From NCBI RefSeq assembly GCF_963921235.1, contig NC_086108.1, forward strand, positions 5,394,001-5,458,000: 64,000 bases of DNA, given 5' to 3'. Source of the stretch: Mobula hypostoma (Eukaryota). Every line of letters begins with the position of its first letter. The first letter of the stretch is position 1. A program made the translations under genes and the position numbers. Below, piece after piece: positions 38,411 through 50,225 of the stretch. The notes under the pieces were generated by a model. It made no database searches. It saw only the letters and a list, made by a program, of their open reading frames with translations, and was not told the origin of the DNA.

Positions 38411-38554
38411 TCATTCACCTGAAGTATTTTTTCTTGTTTGAGGTGGCAGTAGGACTCCTTTTCCCTGAGGTAGGGAGGGTGAGGAGGAGGTTTGGGTGAA
38501 ATCAGCAGAACTGCCACTCAATAACTTCTCCTTGTTTGCAGTGTTCCTCATATG

Positions 38555-39230
38555 TACACTCAGTTGTCACTTTGTTAGGTACATCCTGTACCTTATAAAG
38601 AGGCTACTGAGTGTATGTTCGTCGTCTTCTGCTGCTGTAGTCTCTCCACTGCAAGGTTCAACATGTTGTATGTTCAGAGATGCTGTTCTGCACACCACTG
38701 GTGTAACGTGTGGTTATTTGAGTTACTGTCACCTTCTTGTCAGCTTGAACCAATCTGGCCATTCTCCTCTGACCTCTCTCATTGACAAGGTGTTTTTGCC
38801 CACAGAACTGCTTCTCACTGGATTTTTTGTTTGTTCTTCACACCATTCTCTGTAAATTGTGGAGATTTCTGCATGTGAAAATCCCAGAAGATCAAAGTTC
38901 AAGGATCAAAGCAAAAATTATTATTGAAGTACATGTATGTCACCATATACAACCCTGAGAGTCATTTCCCTGTGGACACACTCAGTAAATTAATAAATAG
39001 TAACTACAACAGTTTCAATGAAACTTGGCAGATTCTGGAATACTAAAACCATCCTAGCTGGCACCAACAATCATTCCACAGTCAAAGGCACTTAGATGAC
39101 AAATCTTCCCCATTCTAATCTTTGGTCTGAACAACAACTGAACCTCTTGACCATGTCTGCATGCTTTTATGCATTGAGTTGCTGCCACGTGATTGGCTGA
39201 TTAGATTTTTGCATAAATGAGCATTAGACA
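38555..39230 (-). mobile_element. Tc1-like remnant (interrupted)
   Basis: Reverse complement of the 3190-3470 and 22410-22860 family. Confidence 0.7.
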
Positions 39231-39811
39231 ATGTGGACAATGTGGACAAGTGGACAATGATTGTAAATTTTCACGATAATCCCTATTGCTCAATCCCACA
39301 CCGTTTTCTGATGTCACTTGGAGGCACCCCCAATGTGTCACCCTTTCCCTTTTATCCAAAAAGAGTTTAATCAAGCTGGGCTTACTCTCCCAGCACTGGC
39401 CCACTATGTCCCTCTGTTTCTGTGAGGCAGCTCATCGGGACTTTGGGATCATAGAGTCATGGAGCATTACTTTTAGCCCATCTAGTCAGTGCTGAACTAT
39501 TATCCTACCTGGTCTCATCAGCGTGGGGCTGTACCACAGTGGTATGGAGGCCGGCTGGAGATACGGCACTTCTCAACCAAAGGAAAGGTAAGGAGCTCCT
39601 TCCCACTGCTAGCCTTCCGTTCACCCTTGTTGCATCTGCTTAGCCCAAGTGAAGCCATGAGAGCAGGTGGTGGATGGTCGTATGAGCAGCCGGTGCAGAT
39701 CACAAGTCCTGGTTGTGCGACCACTGACCCCAGGCAGACAGTCTCTGAAGAGTATTGATAATGGCTGGGGTCACCCGTCTTGTAAAGGCACTGCCCAGAA
39801 GAAGGCAATGG

Positions 39812-39997
39812 CAAACACGAGGAATTCTGCAGATGCTGGAAATTCAAGCAACACACATCAAAGTTGCTGGTGAACACAGCAGGCCAGGCAGCATCTCTAG
39901 GAAGAGGTACAGTCGACGTTTCAGGCCGAGACCCGGGTTTCGGCCTGAAACGTCGATTGTACATCTTCGTAGAGATGCTGCCTGGCCTGCTGCATTC
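39812..39997. mobile_element. Fold-back Penelope-like end forming a 126-bp palindrome (39872-39997)
   Basis: 63-bp arms, no spacer, centre ACCC|GGGT at 39934/39935; direct repeat AGAAGGCAATGG(CAAA) at 39800 and 39998. Confidence 0.85.
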
Positions 39998-40884
39998 AGA
40001 AGGCAATGGCAAATCATTTCTGCAGGAAAATTTACCAAGAACAACCATGGTAATGGGACGACCATGATTTCCTACAAATAAGACATGATGATGATGATGA
40101 TGATGACCATAGCCCCCTATACCCCTCCCATCCATGTACACAAACTTCTCTTAAATGTTGCCTTTGAACCCGCTTCCATCACTCACCACCCTCTATGTGG
40201 TTCTTCCTCATGTTCCCCTTAAATATTTCACCCTTAACCTATGACCTCTAGGACTAGTCTCACCCGACCTCAATGGACTAAGTCTTCTTGCATTTACCCT
40301 ATCTATACCCCTCATAATTTTGCATATCTCTATCCAATCTCCCCTCATTCTCCTACGGTCCAGGGAATAAAGTCGGAATCTATTCAGCGTTTCTCTATAA
40401 CTCAGATCCTCAAAGTCCCAGCAACATCATTGTAATTTATTTTTCTGTATTCTTTGAATCTTATTGATATTCTTCCTGAAAGTAGATGACCAGAACAAGG
40501 TAAATCATCAAAATTTCCAAGTATATTTAATCTCTTCTCAGGAATAAAGAAAACCTATAGAATGATAGAGACATCAAAGCCCAGAAGCCACCTCTCCCAC
40601 CACTCCTCCCCTTCACACAAGCAGTAGCAAAAGCCTCCATCACAGCCAAGCCTGATATTGGTCAAACCTCAAGTCTGCAAACTGAATGGATGAATCATCT
40701 AAATAGGACATTTCAGTAAGGAAAGTCACAATAGGTCTATGTAATGAAAACCTACATCATGGGGGAAATTACAGGAGAGGGAAGTAGTACTTAATGAATA
40801 TTACAGGGAGGGAGATTATTGTGGGCCACATTAGATAAGAACATTACAGTGAGAGGCTTTACTGTGAGACACATTACATCTAGG

Positions 40885-41700
40885 CCATGGTCTTTTCTCA
40901 CTGCTGCCATCAGGAAGGAGGTACGGCAGCCTCAGGTCCCACACCACCAGGTTCAGGAACAGTTATTACCCCACAACCATCAGGCTCCTGAACCAGGGGG
41001 GATAACTTCACTCACCACAATGAGCCTCAGGTCCCACACCACCAGGTTCAGGAACATTTATTACCCCTCAACCATCAGGCTCCTGAACCAGTGTGGATAA
41101 CTTCACTCACCACAATGAGCCTCAGGTCCCACACCACCAGGTTCAGGAACAGTTATCACCCCACAACCATCAGGCTCCTGAACCAGTGTGGATAACTTCA
41201 CTCACCACAATGAGCCTCAGGTCCCACACCACCAGGTTCAGGAACAGTTATTAACCCCACAACCATCAGGCTCCTGAACCAGTGTGGATAACTTCACTCA
41301 CCACAATGAGCCTCAGGTCCCACACCACCAGGTTCAGGAACAGTTATTACCCCACAACCATCAGGCTCCTGAACCAGTGTGGATAACTTCACTCACCACA
41401 ATGAGCCTCAGGTCCCACGCCACCAGGTTCAGGAACAGTTATCACCCCACAACCATCAGGCTCCTGAACCAGTGTGGATAACTTCACTCACCACAATGAG
41501 CCTCAGGTCCCACACCACCAGGTTCAGGAACAGTTATTACCCCACAACCATCAGGCTCCTGAACCAGTGTGGATAACTTCACTCACCACAACTCTGAACT
41601 GATTTTACAATCTAAAATACAAGGACTCTACAACTCATGTTCTCAGTATTTTTTTAATTATTATTTTTGTTTCATTGTAACCTTTTTTGTATTTGTTCAA
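40885..41700 (+). repeat. LINE tail with 7 tandem 95-bp units (40927-41591)
   Basis: Units at 40927, 41022, 41117, 41212, 41308, 41403 and 41498. Confidence 0.95.
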
Positions 41701-41719
41701 TGGTCAGATTAAATATATT

Positions 41720-42325
41720 ATCACCAAATACTACCCGGAGATTAATTTCCTTGTGGACATTCACAATAAATAGAAAGAAACACAATAGAATCAATTAAAA
41801 TACACTCTCAACAGAGATGGACAAACAACCAATGTGCAAATTATAACAAAATCTGTAAATGTAAAAAGAAAAGAAAAGAATAATAATAATAATAAATGTA
41901 TAAGCAATAAATATTGAAAACATGAGTTGCAGAGTGAGTCTATAGGTTGTGGAATCAGTTCAGAGTTGTGGTGAGTGAAGTTATCCACACTGGTTCAGGA
42001 GCCTGATGGTTGTGGGGTAATAACTATTCCTGAACCTGGTGGTCTGGGACCTGAGGCTCATTGTGGTGAGTGAAGTTATCCACACTGGTTCAGGAGCCTG
42101 ATGGTTGTGGGGTAATAACTGTTCCTGAACCTGGTGGTGTGGGACCTGAGGCTCATTGTGGTGAGTGAAGTTTTCCACACTGGTTCAGGAGCCTGATGGT
42201 TGTGGGGTAGTAACTGTTCCTGAACCTGGTGGTGTGGGACCTGAGGCTGCTGTATCTTGATCCCGATGGCAGCAGTGAGACGAGAGCATGTCCTGGGTGA
42301 TGGAGGTCATTGATGAAGGAAGCAC
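41720..42325 (-). repeat. LINE tail with 3 tandem 95-bp units (41966-42248)
   Basis: Reverse complement of the same unit, preceded by HPGHALVSLLPSGSRYSSLR. Confidence 0.93.
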
Positions 42326-42969
42326 AATTTACACATTGGTCTTTTGTCCATCCTTGTTGTGTGCAGTTTTCATTGATTTTATTATCATTCTTCATATCTA
42401 CTGTGAACCCCAGAAAGAAAATTAATCTCTGGGTAGTAATGGTGACATATTTGTTCTTTGAGGCGGGGTGCGGTGTATTTACACAAAGACAGTAAAATTG
42501 CCATGGTAATTGAATATTTATTTTAACTGTAATACAAATCATATTTAATGATTCATGAAAAGACTATGTCATCACTAAACATGCAAACTTACAAGTGTTC
42601 AAAATCACTAGTTTATTTCTAAACAAATCACTGCACCTATGTTGTCTAATGAAATTAGTCCCATCTGTATAGAGCCATATTACATCATTAAAACATTGAA
42701 ATATATTGTTAGCAAATGAATTATATTAGGCATAAAATGTCTGTAAGTTTAGTTTTCCCAGGGAAAGGGAACCAAAAACTAGAGGGTATAGGTTTAAGGT
42801 CCAAGTTCAAGTTTATTGTCATACAACCATATATATGTATACTGCCAAACGAAACAATGTTCCTCTGGACCAAGGTGTGCAATGCAGTCCATATAACTCA
42901 CACATAACACAAAGGTAATACAGATAAATTAACAAAGAATAAGGTGCATTTATGACACAAGTCACCTAT

Positions 42970-43982
42970 GACAACACAAACACTATGTCAGGATGCTGTT
43001 CATTGACTATAACTCAGCATTTAATACCATCATTCCCACAATCCTGATTGAGAAGTTGCAGAACGTGGGCCTCTGTACCTCTCTCTGCAATTGGATCCTC
43101 AACTTCCAAACTGGAAGTCCCCAATCTGTGTAGATTGGTGATAACATATCCTCTTCGCTGACGATCAACACTGGTGTACCTCAGGGGTGTGTGCTTAGCC
43201 CACTGCTCTACTCTCTGTCTACACATGACTGTGTGGCTAGGCATAGCTCAAACACCATCTACAAATTTGCTGATGATGCAGTCATTGTTGGTAGAATCTC
43301 AGATGGTGATGAGAGGACGTACAGGAGTGAGATATGCCAACTAGTGGAGTGGTGTCACAGCAACAACCTGGCACTCAACGTCAGTAAGACAAAAGAGCTG
43401 ATTGTGGACTTCAGGAAGGGCAAGACGAAGGAAAACATACCAATCCTCATAGAGGGATCAGAAGTGGAGAGAGTGAGCAGTTTCAAGTTCTTGGGTGTCA
43501 AGATCTCTGAGGAACTAACCTGATCCCAACATATCAAAGGCAAGATGATGATTATACTTCATTAGCAGTTTGAAGAGATTTGGTATGTCAACAAATACAC
43601 TCAAAAACTTCTATAGTTGTACTGTGGAGAGCATTCTGACAGGCTGCATCACTGTCTGCTATGGAGGGGCTACTGCACAGGACTGAAAGGAGCTGCAGAA
43701 GGTTGTAAATCTAGTCAGCTCCATCTTGGGTACTAGCCTACAAAGAACCCAGGACTTCTTCAAGGAGCGGTGTCTCAGAAAGGCAGTGTCCATTATTAAA
43801 GACCTCCAGCACCCAGGGCATGCCCTTTTCTCACTGTTACCATCAGGTAGGAGATACAAAAGCCTGAAGGCACACAGTCAGCGATTCAGGAACAGCTTCT
43901 TCCCCTCTGCCATCTGATTCCTAAATGGACATTGAACCCTTGAAGACTACCTCACTTTTTTAATATATATTATTTCTGTTTT
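42970..43982 (+). mobile_element. Rex1/Babar-like LINE RT + C-terminal fragment, degenerate
   Basis: GVPQGCVLSPLLYSLSTHDC, IYKFADD, LNVSKTKELIVDFRK, FKFLGV, HPGHALFSLLPSGRRY. Confidence 0.88.
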
Positions 43983-44411
43983 GGGTAGTGGGTAGTGGCT
44001 CCATATGTCACTACTACAGGGTGTGACGACCCTGCCTTACACGAGTCCCGGGCTCAGCTGGCTCCGGCTGACAGTACCCGGTATGGGCCCCTATCCAGGG
44101 TTACGGATCCCACTGCCTTGTGGGTATCTTCGGGAGAAGAGAAGGCTGAGGAGTAAACCCTACGCAAATCCGGAGTGGAGCCCCTAAGGCGGTTGGATGA
44201 CGTATCACGTCACCTCCCGGCAGTTCCTGCAGCCAAGCTGATGCCAATGTACTGCTACGCATTCCTTTGCACCACATCCGCGAGGCCAAGAGGGGGATCT
44301 TGATGTCTGGGCAGCCCAGGATCTCCATATTCATCGCCCAGGTCTGCGTCCCAGAACGGGCACATCCGTTGTCTACTTAGACAGACGGAGTCATTAACAT
44401 TAACATTACAG
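43983..44411 (+). mobile_element. Non-autonomous RTE-like retroelement, CpG-rich
   Basis: 12-bp direct repeat TATTTCTGTTTT at 43971-43982 and 44412-44423; (CATTAA)n tail. Confidence 0.65.
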
Positions 44412-44424
44412 TATTTCTGTTTTT

Positions 44425-44672
44425 GCTATTCCTTCTTCACCTTTCCTGCCTATCCCCTCCCTGCTTCCCCTCCCCCACCCCTTTATCTTTCCCCTTACTG
44501 GTTTTTCACCTGGAACCTACCAGCCTTCTCCTTCCCACCCTCCCCACCTTCTTTATAGAGCCTCTGTCCCTTCCCTCTACAGTCCTGACGAAGGGTTCCG
44601 GCCTGAGGCATCAACCGATCTTTTCCACGGATGCTGCCCGACCTGCTGAGTTCCTCCAGCATGTTGTGCGTT
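44425..44672 (+). mobile_element. Penelope-like terminal repeat with a degenerate hammerhead (44580-44617)
   Basis: cagtc CTGACGA agggttccggcct GAGG catc (GAAA box lost). Confidence 0.65.
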
Positions 44673-45148
44673 TTACTGTAATTGATTTACTTATTTATTT
44701 ATTATTATTATTTATTTGTTTTCTTCTATATTATGTATTGCATTGAACTGCTGCTGCTTACAACAGATGCTGGTGATAATAAACCTGATTCTGAAGTCAA
44801 AAAGTAAACGATACTGTATGTGCTATTGGCACTTCATGGGCGAAGAGATCCGATGGTGGCAGGGAGTTCAGTAGTTTCACAGCCTGGGGGAAGAAGCTGT
44901 TTTTCATCCTAACAGTCCTTGTCCCAGCACTAACCCTAGCCTTCTTGCCTGATGGCAGGGGGTTAAAGAGGTTGTTTAATGGATGGGAAGTTGTCATGAT
45001 GAATATCTCAGATGGGTAAAAGAGAGACCCCAGATGATCCTCTCAGCAGATGAGAAAGATCTAAGGGGGACCTGGCACAACTTTTTCCTGCAACATGCAG
45101 AGGGTGGTGTGGAAATGGAACAGCCTCCCTGGGGAAGTGGTTGAAATT

Positions 45149-47672
45149 AGGAAATTAGAAATGTGTGCAATAAAGGAACAGCAGTTATAATGGGTGACTT
45201 CAATCTACATGTAGATTGAGTGAACCAAATTGGTAAAGGTGCTGAGGAAGAGGATTTCTTGGAATGTATGCGGGATGGTTTTTTGAACCAACATGTCGAG
45301 GAACCAACTAGAGAGCAGGCTATTCTAGACTGGGTTTTGAGCAATGAGGAAGGGTTAATTAGCAATCTTGTCGTGAGAGGCCCCTTGGGTAAGAGTGACC
45401 ATAATATGGTGGAATTCTTCATTAAGGTGGAGAGTGACATAGTTAATTCAGAAACAAAGGTTCTGAACTTAAAGAGGGGTAACTTTGAAGGTATGACACA
45501 TGAATTAGCTAAGATAGACTGGCAAATGACACTTAAAGGATTGACGGTGGATATGCAATGGCAAGCATTTAAGGATTGCATGGATGAACTACAACAATTG
45601 TTCATCCCAGTTTGGCAAAAGAATAAATCAAGGAAGGTAGTGCACCCGTGGCTGACGAGAGAAATTAGAGATAGTATCAATTCCAAAGAAGAAGCATACA
45701 AATTAGCCAGAGAAAGTGGCTCACCTGAGGACTGGGAGAAATTCAGAGTTCAGCAGAGGAGGACAAAGGGCTTAATTAGGAAGGGGAAAAAAGATTATGA
45801 GAGGAAACTGGCAGGGAACATAAAAACTGACTGTAAAAGCTTTTATAGATATGTAAAAAGGAAAAGACTGGTAAAGACAAATGTAGGTCCCCTGCAGACA
45901 GAAACAGGTGAATTGATTATGGGGAGCAAGGACATGGCAGACCAATTGAATAATTACTTTGGTTCTGTCTTCACTAAGGAGGACATAAATAATCTTCCCG
46001 AAATAGTAGGGGACAGAGGGTCCAGTGAGATGGAGGAACTGAGCGAAATACATGTTAGTAGGGAAGTGGTGTTGGGTAAATTGAAGGGATTAAAGGCAGT
46101 TAAATCCCCAGGGCCAGATGGTCTGCATCCCAGAGTGCTTAAGGAAGTAGCCCAAGAAATAGTGGATGCATTAGTGATAATTTTTCAAAACTCGTTAGAT
46201 TCTGGACTAGTTCCTGAGGATTGGAGGGTGGCTAATGTAACCCCACTTTTTAAAAAAAGAGGGAGAGAGAAACCGGGGAATTATAGACCGGTTAGCCTAA
46301 CATCGGTGGTGGGGAAACTGCTGGAGTCAGTTATCAAAGATGTGATAACAGCACATTTGGAAAGCGGTGAAATCATCGGACAAAGTCAGCATGGATTTGT
46401 GAAAGGAAAATCATGTCTGACGAATCTCATAGAATTTTTTGAGGATGTAACTAGTAGAGTGGATAGGGGAGAAACAGTGGATGTGGTATATTTGGATTTT
46501 CAAAAGGCTTTTGACAAGGTCCCACACAGGAGATTAGTGTGCAAACTTAAAGCACACAGTATTGGGGGTAAGGTATTGATGTGGATAGAGAACTGGTTAG
46601 CAGACAGGAAGCAAAGAGTGGGAATAAACGGGACCTTTTCAGAATGGCAGGTAGTGACTAGTGGGGTACCGCAAGGCTCAGTGCTGGGACCCCAGTTGTT
46701 TACAATATATATTAATGACTTGGATGAGGGAATTAAATGCAGCATCTCCAAGTTTGTGGATGACACGAAGCTGGGCGGCAGTGTTAGCTGTGAGGAGGAT
46801 GCTAAGAGGATGCAGGGTGACTTGGATAGGTTAGGTGAGTGGGCAAATTCATGGCAGATGCAATTTAATGTGGATAAATGTGAAGTTATCCACTTTGGTG
46901 GCAAAAATAGGAAAACAGATTATTATCTGAATGGTGGCCAATTAGGAAAAGGGGAGGTGCAACGAGACCTGGGTGTCATTATACACCAGTCATTGAAAGT
47001 GGGCATGCAGGTACAGCAGGCGGTGAAAAAGGTGAATGGTATGCTGGCATTTATAGCGAGAGGATTCGAGTACAGGAGCAGGGAGGTACTACTGCAGTTG
47101 TACAAGGCCTTGGTGAGACCACACCTGGAGTATTGTGTACAATTTTGGTCCCCTAATCTGAGGAAAGACATCCTTGCCATAGAGGGAGTACAAAGAAGGT
47201 TCACCAGATTGATTCCTGGGATGGCAGGACTTTCATATGAAGAAAGACTGGATGAACTAGGCTTGTACTCATTGGAATTTAGAAGATTGAGGGGGGATCT
47301 GATTGAAGTTCTAAAGGGATTGGGCAGGCTGGATGCAGGAAGATTGTTCCCGATGTTGGGGAGGTCCAGAACGAGGGGTCACAGTTTGAGGATAGAGGGG
47401 AAGCCTTTTAGGACCGAGATTAGGAAAAACTTCTTCACACAGAGAGTGGTGAATCTGTGGAATTCTCTGCCACAGCAAACAGTTGAGGCCAGTTCATTGG
47501 CTATGTTTAAGAGGGAGTTAGATATGGCCCTTGTGGCTACGGGGGTCAGGGGTATGGAGGGAAGGCTGGGGCGGGGTTCTGAGTTGGATGATCAGCCATG
47601 ATCATAATAAATGGCGGTGCAGGCTCGAAGGGCCGAATGGCCTACTCCTGCACCTATTTTCTATGTTTCTAT
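45149..47672 (+). mobile_element. Young 5'-truncated CR1 LINE with a 793-codon ORF2 remnant (45220-47601)
   Basis: APE C-terminus (LDWVL, SDH) and complete RT ([32 protein letters not shown]); tail TTTCTATGTTTCTAT. Confidence 0.96.
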
Positions 47673-48049
47673 CCTACATAATGTTGAACACAACATTTAC
47701 AAGGCGGTTGGATAGATACGGGGGTGGAAAAGGTTTAGTAGGCAAATGGATGGGGATCTGAGTCTGTATGGGCTTGTTGGACTGAAAAGCTTGTTTCGTT
47801 GCTATCTGTCTCGACGACTCTGTAAGTGTTACAGGGAAGGGCATTACAGTGAGAGACCAGGCGGTGAGGATGACGACTGCGGGTTTAGCAGCAATTGGAA
47901 AATACAACGGATTCCACACATCCTATAAGATTAGAACAGGAAAACATATAGTTATGAATTAGGAGACCAACCCGCTGGGAGTTCTAGATGATAGTAATCT
48001 GATACCTATAGTTCACAGCCGGGAAGCAACCCTAACCCAGATTATCCGA

Positions 48050-49490
48050 TACCATTGGCATGGGTCGAGATTGTGGTGTGCACCATCGCCTGTACCTTGC
48101 TGAGTGTCATAATGAACAACAGCGGATATTAGCGTGTAGTAATGGGTCGGCTGATCTGGACCGCAGCCGTCTCCAGTTACTTTCTATATATGTTATTTCA
48201 TTTTGTAGGGCAACACGCGTAGGAGCGGAACTAACGTGTTGCCGCGGCTTGGCCCTCGAATCGGTAAAGTTCTTTCTGCATACAACTGGTTTATTTACAG
48301 GCATCCTGCGGCGTTCCCGACGGTGGTATACGATTAAGATCGCAGCTCTTTTCTGCCAGAGGCCTTGCAATGGGTGATGTACCGGGTGGTCTGGGGTGCG
48401 TGGGGATGCAGAACACACCTTTACACGGTGACATCCCCAAAGCCCAGTATTCTCGAGATGTCATTCCACATATCCCCGGTGCAGGGATGCCTGTGGAATC
48501 TTCGTACATTTCCACGAGTTCTCCAAGAACCCGTCCGCAATATCGCGTTGAAATTCCTTTTCGAAGACGAGGTCTAACCCGGTTATCGGATCAATCGTAA
48601 TATAAATATTGAGAGCGCTGCTGGGAGGTACACTGTACACCACCCAGCTTTAACGGGTAAACTGTGAGATGATAGTTTTGCAATGGTCGCCTCCAAAATA
48701 AAGCTGACCTCAGGGGTATTTTAAGGGCTTGATGGATTCGTAGAGGTCGTGCTAAAGGGGTGTTTACAACCGGCAAACTCGGGTGAATGAGATGACAGCA
48801 CTCACCCGCCAAACTATCGTAGCAGTCGATTTCGGTGCTCTCGATAAGTCGATTCTGCTCCTCCGTCAATCTACCGCGTCCTTTGCGCAGATCGCTCACG
48901 TCTTCGCCCCGAGCTTCACCGATCCGGATCCCCTTGAGTTGCAACAACGCCCGGTGGTACTTGCCAATCGCCTCGCGGAATTTCTTCTCCCGGTAACATT
49001 GATTCCCCTCGATCTTGAAGCACACGGCTCTCTGGATCTTGCAACCGTTGTCGCTCTCGCTCTCTCCTTGGTGGGCTGCCGGGTTCCTGGGATCTGGCAG
49101 CCCCGCCGGACCCCGGAAAGGGTCCCGGGAGCTGGCCGGTGACTGACTCCCTCCCCTCGCTCCTATCCGTGACTGTCGCTGACCAATGCTCCCCCCGCCT
49201 ATGCCTTGAGCTTTTAGGGAATATCTGCTTTCCATTCCGCCTACAGGCGCACCATTCTTTGCAAGATCGGAAACCTGTCGCCTTTTGATGGTCTGTAACA
49301 GTTTGCTGTGCATATATATGAGCGATCGCTCCGGCGGGTTGAAACCCTGTAACTGGCGAGCTGTTTGCGAAGCGAGCTGTCCTTCAGCACCGTGGACAGC
49401 GCAAGCTCACACCGGGCTCGCGTGCTGCAGCGGCGCCCGTTTCTCCCGCTTAACCCTTAAAGGCGTTTCTGTTTAACCCGCCCACTCTCT
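48050..49490. promoter_or_regulatory. CpG island over the TTC9B promoter, exon 1 and start of intron 1
   Basis: Non-repetitive, visibly CpG-dense sequence in an otherwise CpG-poor window. Confidence 0.7.
48806..49313 (-). CDS. TTC9B: Tetratricopeptide repeat protein 9B-like, coding exon 1
   Basis: KIQRAVCFKIEGNQCYREKKFREAIGKYHRALLQLKG...LTEEQ...EIDCYDSLA is the TTC9 family signature; ATG at 49313; phase-1 donor G|GTGAG at 48806/48805. B paralogue inferred from CYDSL and the C19orf47 neighbour. Confidence 0.88.
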
Positions 49491-49492
49491 TT

Positions 49493-49495
<3 letters not shown>

Positions 49496-49529
<34 letters not shown>

Positions 49530-49789
49530 ACACACACAGAGACACACACACACACACGGACACACACACACACACACACACACAGACACACACACACACA
49601 GACACACACACACACACACACACACAGACACACACACACACACACAGACACACACACACACACACCCACACACGCACACACACACACACACACGGACACA
49701 CACACAGACACACACACACCCACACACACAGACACACACACACACACACGCGGACACACACACACACACACACACACACGGACACACAC

Positions 49790-49830
<41 letters not shown>

Positions 49831-49929
49831 CACACACAGACACACACACACACGCGGACACACACGGACACACACACACACACAGACACACACACACACA
49901 CACAGACACACACACACACGGACACACAC

Positions 49930-49970
<41 letters not shown>

Positions 49971-50165
49971 CACACACAGACACACACACACACGCGGACA
50001 CACACGGACACACACACACACAGACACACACACACACACACACACACACGGACACACACACAGACACACACACACCCACACACACAGACACACACACACA
50101 CACACACGGACACACACGGACACACACACACACACACACACGCGCGGACACACACGGACACACAC

Positions 50166-50204
<39 letters not shown>

Positions 50205-50225
50205 GACACACACACACACACACAC
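49496..50225. repeat. ~730-bp compound (CA)n microsatellite with GA/GGA/CGCGGA interruptions
   Basis: Directly visible. Confidence 0.98.

Noticed and set aside
40927..41591. CRISPR-like appearance of the regular 95-bp arrays
   Set aside because: Units repeat head-to-tail with no unique spacers, derive from LINE coding sequence, and there are no cas genes; the DNA is vertebrate.
45220..47601. 793-aa ORF as a functional or domesticated gene
   Set aside because: 5'-truncated CR1 ORF2 with a GTG start just after an in-frame stop, an altered FVDD motif, and small deletions near the C-terminus.
48591..48805. C-terminal part of the 240-aa ORF as TTC9B coding sequence
   Set aside because: Family similarity ends at CYDSLA, at a canonical GTGAG donor; the rest is intron read-through.
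49311..49330. Adjacent 10-bp palindromes (CATATATATG, AGCGATCGCT) at the TTC9B start
   Set aside because: Short enough to arise by chance; no supporting evidence of function.
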